DNA of 20,000 bases from an uncultured virus (IMG/VR IMGVR_UViG_3300047181_000007) (taxonomy: Duplodnaviria; Heunggongvirae; Uroviricota; Caudoviricetes), in IMG/VR virus record IMGVR_UViG_3300047181_000007; one strand, 5' to 3'. A model generated the notes under the pieces. It ran no database searches. It was not told where the DNA came from and saw nothing but the letters and a program-made list of their open reading frames with translations. The translations under genes and the position numbers were made by a program. The first letter of the stretch is position 1. Each line of letters starts with the position of its first letter. Positions 16,739-20,000 of the stretch are shown here, one piece after another.

Positions 16739-16881
16739 GCTGCTACTGCTAGTATAGAGTAGTGCATTGACTGTCGTAGAGACTGTAGTGTGAAGCCTGT
16801 GCAAGACCCTTACTGTAGCATACATGACGTAAAGCAAGGGCATACATTTAGGCATCCATAATCACAGAAGATGGAAGGACT

Positions 16882-16977
16882 ATGCAAAGATGGAATAAGT
16901 TGAAAGCCTTCCCTTCAAAGCAACGATTGAGAGTTGACGTTGCAGAGATGAACGCATACATTCAACATGCACTTTAG
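16882..16977 (+). CDS. Possible microprotein (31 aa)
   Basis: GGAAGGA upstream; MQRWNKLKAFPSKQRLRVDVAEMNAYIQHAL. Confidence 0.35.
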   Translation: MQRWNKLKAFPSKQRLRVDVAEMNAYIQHAL

Positions 16978-17142
16978 CAGTGATGTTTGCTGCACATCAT
17001 GTCGTCTTAGGACGACTGCCCGCTTACAACACTAACCAATTGGCGTGTTCAGGGCAATTACTATGTCGTTCCTGCTTATCAAGGGCTAATCGGTGCAAAC
17101 CCGAAGGAACGCTTTTATCCCTTAGGAAAGGAGGTGATAAAG

Positions 17143-17316
17143 ATGGCTAGTAATTGGTGGTACGGTGATCCAGTGACTGGTACTTGTGATAAATGTACTG
17201 GTCCAACAATTGACGGTTATTGTGCCAATTGTGCCGAGTTTGTTCAATCCGCTGAGTTATCCGAGGAGCATGAATTGACTCCTGAAGAAACAGCGGAATA
17301 TTCGTTGGATGCATAA
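17143..17316 (+). CDS. Zn-ribbon microprotein with acidic tail (57 aa)
   Basis: Full-length SD AAAGGAGGTGAT; CDKC-x8-CANC followed by an E-rich tail. Confidence 0.75.
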   Translation: MASNWWYGDPVTGTCDKCTGPTIDGYCANCAEFVQSAELSEEHELTPEETAEYSLDA

Positions 17317-17325
17317 GGAGGTACT

Positions 17326-17541
17326 GTGGGCAAGACTCGAAAGCCTGTCTGGAAGCGACAGGGATATGGCAAGAAGCAAGAAAATGAGAAAGAACGTGCA
17401 GAACTGACGGAAGATGCTAGTCGTGGCTTCGTTGTTTGCACGTACACTCACAGGTCAAATGCTGATTGGATTGATGGAGAATCAGCCAATGCTCTACGCA
17501 GAGCAATCAATCAGGTTCAGGGAGAGCAGAATGGCGACTAG
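17326..17541 (+). CDS. Hypothetical protein (71 aa)
   Basis: SD AAGGAGG before GTG. Confidence 0.65.
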   Translation: MGKTRKPVWKRQGYGKKQENEKERAELTEDASRGFVVCTYTHRSNADWIDGESANALRRAINQVQGEQNGD

Positions 17542-17755
17542 AGTGATTTTCCATACCGCAAATGGAAATCCATGTTCACTTACCATCGAGCACAACGGCA
17601 AGAAGCTGGAGTTCAATGAAGTTCAGGACACACAGTTTTATCGCCTAATCGAGCAAGCTACCAGGGATTTACCAAGCAAGATCGAGTATCCTGAAGACAG
17701 TGCTGGTCAGGAAGTCTATGAGTTTGACCGCATTGTATGGCGTAACATCAGGTAG
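17531..17755 (+). CDS. Hypothetical protein (74 aa)
   Basis: Start reassigned to MATRVIF (SD GGAG), overlapping the upstream stop region. Confidence 0.65.
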   Translation: MATRVIFHTANGNPCSLTIEHNGKKLEFNEVQDTQFYRLIEQATRDLPSKIEYPEDSAGQEVYEFDRIVWRNIR

Positions 17756-17759
17756 GAAT

Positions 17760-18017
17760 ATGGCTAAGACCGAGATCGTAACAGTACCAAAGTTTGACCG
17801 CAATACCATGTTTGAGTTCCGCACTGGTCTATCCAAGGGAACGATCATCCTGGTGGACTATAAGAAAGGGGAATTGATGCGGAATGGCTCCTGTGGTGTT
17901 CGTGTGTTTAGCCCAGGTGACATGGCATGGCGTGTCCGTACAGGCTTCTCGTTTGAACAGAAGCATACCAAGGTAGTTCTAACTTCCACTAACCCAAGTC
18001 TTCAGAAAGGTCTATAA
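17760..18017 (+). CDS. Hypothetical protein (85 aa)
   Basis: Start at MAKTEIV (AGGTAGGA upstream), 4 nt after the previous stop. Confidence 0.65.
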   Translation: MAKTEIVTVPKFDRNTMFEFRTGLSKGTIILVDYKKGELMRNGSCGVRVFSPGDMAWRVRTGFSFEQKHTKVVLTSTNPSLQKGL

Positions 18018-18018
18018 A

Positions 18019-18258
18019 ATGTCTGCAACAACCGTATCCGTAATGATTGCCAAAGTTTCCAAAACCACCAAAGGCAAGCCCTATGCTGCATCTGCTGCAT
18101 CCAAGGGTGGCAACTTCTGCATCTTCCCGAAAGTTGGTGATGAGAAGGCTGCCAAGCTCGTAGCTGGTCTTGAAGCTGGCAAATTCGCTACCCTTGAGAA
18201 CGTTGCGATCTACAATGGTGGCGTAATCGTTTATGGCGATACAGTCGTATCCCAATAA
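18019..18258 (+). CDS. Small basic protein, possible OB-fold nucleic-acid binder
   Basis: 79 aa; 'IAKVSKTTKGKPYA...GNFCIFP' resembles OB-fold strands. Fold unverified. Confidence 0.5.
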   Translation: MSATTVSVMIAKVSKTTKGKPYAASAASKGGNFCIFPKVGDEKAAKLVAGLEAGKFATLENVAIYNGGVIVYGDTVVSQ

Positions 18259-18273
18259 ACGAACCTATCCAAC

Positions 18274-18295
18274 GGGGGAGGCACAAGCCTCCCCC
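18274..18295 (+). terminator. GC-rich hairpin (terminator-like or RNA-stabilising)
   Basis: GGGGGAGGC-ACAA-GCCTCCCCC, a perfect 9-bp stem 15 nt after a stop codon. Lacks a U-tract. Confidence 0.5.
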
Positions 18296-18319
18296 ACCAC
18301 ATTCTATGGAGGATCTGAA

Positions 18320-18523
18320 ATGTCTATGTTCAAGCATGTAAGTGACAGTAATTCCGTACAGGCAGATGAGAATCTGTGGAAGCTCCATGAAACCGATGCT
18401 GGTTGGCTCCGTGATAATCGGATTCCTGGTCGCTCCGACAATATCCACTGCGGTGTTGTGTTAGCCCGTATATCCAAGAAGTTGCTCAGACAAAACTACA
18501 AGAAAGGAACACAAAGAGGATAG
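18320..18523 (+). CDS. Hypothetical protein (67 aa)
   Basis: SD GGAGG before MSMFKH. Confidence 0.65.
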   Translation: MSMFKHVSDSNSVQADENLWKLHETDAGWLRDNRIPGRSDNIHCGVVLARISKKLLRQNYKKGTQRG

Positions 18524-18524
18524 T

Positions 18525-19406
18525 ATGTTCATCAAGATACTCAGCACTGACCGCAAGACAGAACTCGACACGATTGAACCAAGAAGCTGGCTGCAATTCA
18601 GCTTGCTTGAGAAGTCTGACGAGTCCTTCGTTGTCGCTCGTGAAGATAATATCTTCGCACTACGAGCTGTAGCATGGTGCATTCGCCATCCCAATGTGGA
18701 GCATCACTTTGGTCTTCATCTGTGGAAACCACTGGATACTCTGCTCAGTGATTCCAATGGCATTGGTGTGATTTCCAGTAAGTTCACTAGTAAAGGCAAG
18801 TTTGCTGCCCTGCCACGACCTGAGCTGAAGGATTTCCCGTTTGGATGGGCAGTCCTACATGTTTGTGCTGGACACTTCCGACTGATCGAACCACGGCAAG
18901 CACATCTTGAAGAGCCTCACGAAAAGCTGGACGAATGGGGCAAGAAGTTCGACTTCATTGATGTGATGACCAAGGCTGCCATCTGCACATGGGCAGACAG
19001 TACTAAGAATTATGTGCAGTCCGTACTTGATCTGATGAAGCTGGACCCAAAGGAACGAGCCATTCAATCTCAATCCCTGTATATTTCCATAAATCTGAAG
19101 GATTCTACTCCTCCAGTGGAAAAGCCAGCCAATGCCAATCTGCCAACTGATGAACCAGAGAAGCTCCTGGTCAAGGCAGTCAATCTCGGTCATCAGAGAG
19201 ATGTTGTCATGGTTGATTTGATGAAGATTGACAAGTGGAATTTCAATCTCATCAACCAGGGTTATGAGAACAAGACCGTGATGGTTTGGGATAGGGACCT
19301 TTATCTCAAGCATCAGGCTTGGAAGGCTACTTTCAAACAATTCGCCAACAATCCCAAAGATTTCCAGCTAATAGGCTATGTCAATGAAGAGTGGATAGAG
19401 CAGTAA
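18525..19406 (+). CDS. Hypothetical protein (293 aa)
   Basis: Long ORF with SD AGAGGA; no motif recognised. Confidence 0.8.
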   Translation: MFIKILSTDRKTELDTIEPRSWLQFSLLEKSDESFVVAREDNIFALRAVAWCIRHPNVEHHFGLHLWKPLDTLLSDSNGIGVISSKFTSKGKFAALPRPELKDFPFGWAVLHVCAGHFRLIEPRQAHLEEPHEKLDEWGKKFDFIDVMTKAAICTWADSTKNYVQSVLDLMKLDPKERAIQSQSLYISINLKDSTPPVEKPANANLPTDEPEKLLVKAVNLGHQRDVVMVDLMKIDKWNFNLINQGYENKTVMVWDRDLYLKHQAWKATFKQFANNPKDFQLIGYVNEEWIEQ

Positions 19407-19431
19407 TATCCACAAGCTAGCCTTGCTAGTT

Positions 19432-19559
19432 CGCAGGACTACAATACTTGAGATGCAGCTACTAAAGTTGACCCCTGCGTTGCCTTCCACCTGTGTTACA
19501 CATGCGAGCTGTGCTGCATCTCGCACACGCTCGTGTGGCACAGGTGTTTATACATGGCA
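19432..19559 (+). ncRNA. Candidate structured (pseudoknot/kissing-loop) RNA element
   Basis: Long hairpin 19488-19546 whose loop region GCTGCATCTC is the exact complement of GAGATGCAGC (19450-19459), which lies inside stem CGCAGG/CCTGCG. Confidence 0.5.
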
Positions 19560-19592
19560 TGTTGTTTGAATCCAGCACAAAAGGAGTCACGC

Positions 19593-19727
19593 ATGAATGG
19601 TATATCCGATCTTGGATGCGTTATAATCATTGTACCACTTGTGTTTGGTGTGATAATAGGCTGGTTCAGCCACAAATGGTATGGTCATATTCCATTAGAT
19701 GGAACAAAAGGAGTTTCGCATGAGTAA
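19593..19727 (+). CDS. Small membrane peptide (44 aa)
   Basis: SD AAGGAG; MNGISDLGCVIIIVPLVFGVIIGWFSHKW..., single TM segment. Confidence 0.65.
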   Translation: MNGISDLGCVIIIVPLVFGVIIGWFSHKWYGHIPLDGTKGVSHE

Positions 19728-19917
19728 ACCACTACGTATATATCACGGACATGAGAAGCGTGAGGTGATTCGGCGCAGGCTTGAAGAGAAAACTGGCGGT
19801 CTTGGCTATTGGGCAGCAGTCGATGCAGATAAAGCAGGTGCCCTTGTTATTGTAAAGGACAAAACACCTGAACTACACACAGAAGAACCCCAAAATGCGA
19901 CAGCAAGTGCCAAATAA
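19720..19917 (+). CDS. Hypothetical protein (65 aa)
   Basis: SD AAGGAG before MSKPLRI. Confidence 0.65.
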   Translation: MSKPLRIYHGHEKREVIRRRLEEKTGGLGYWAAVDADKAGALVIVKDKTPELHTEEPQNATASAK

Positions 19918-19943
19918 GCACTTGAAAGGGCTTTCAGTCTGAG

Positions 19944-19952
19944 TGGTATAAT
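19944..19952 (+). promoter_or_regulatory. Extended -10 promoter (TGnTATAAT)
   Basis: TGGTATAAT in the intergenic gap, followed by GGAG and an ORF start (M)SQYEILK at 19976 that runs off the window. Confidence 0.6.
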
Positions 19953-20000
19953 ATGCGTGAAAATGGAGAATGGCTATGTCGCAATATGAGATACTGAAGC

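Noticed and set aside
16537..16855. Cys/His/Val/Tyr-rich ORFs on both strands
   Set aside because: Their composition is an artefact of the RY-alternating DNA, and there is no convincing SD.
17067..17111. SAM-I riboswitch or tRNA (CTTATCAAG...GGTGCAAACCC)
   Set aside because: Only fragments resemble the consensus. The segment is too short, lacks the P2/P3 core and GCAAC, and cannot form a cloverleaf.
18855..19340. 161-aa minus-strand ORF
   Set aside because: It is antisense to the 293-aa gene within an otherwise plus-strand operon.
1..20000. CRISPR array, DGR template/variable repeats, integrase/att site, stop-codon recoding
   Set aside because: I saw no regularly spaced identical repeats, adenine-variant repeat pair, RT or integrase. 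Genes are intact under the standard code and use all three stop codons.

Overview
This window is part of a tailed dsDNA phage (Caudoviricetes-like) genome or prophage with two divergent arms. The minus-strand arm (~15681 to 1) starts with small accessory genes: an HExxH peptidase-like protein, a PD-(D/E)XK nuclease-like protein, a stand-alone isoleucyl-tRNA-synthetase C-terminal-like domain and Zn-finger microproteins. These are followed by the terminase large subunit, the portal, and virion or appendage proteins (BppU/Ig-like, Asp-box beta-propeller, a 21x14-aa repeat fibre, a Gly-rich protein). Two glycosyltransferases (one fused to a SAM methyltransferase) and a metallophosphoesterase/wHTH pair are interleaved with the virion genes. 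No capsid, protease or obvious TerS gene is recognisable. The arms diverge at ~15690-15870, where there are back-to-back sigma70-type promoters, G/C tracts and a strong strand skew. The plus-strand arm (15916-20000) is a string of small hypothetical, early-type ORFs with strong SD sites. They are separated by unusually structured non-coding DNA: a 30-bp long-range inverted repeat around one ORF, hairpin clusters, a ~200-bp alternating purine/pyrimidine palindromic tract and a candidate pseudoknotted RNA. All protein family calls come from motif recognition by eye, not from database searches.
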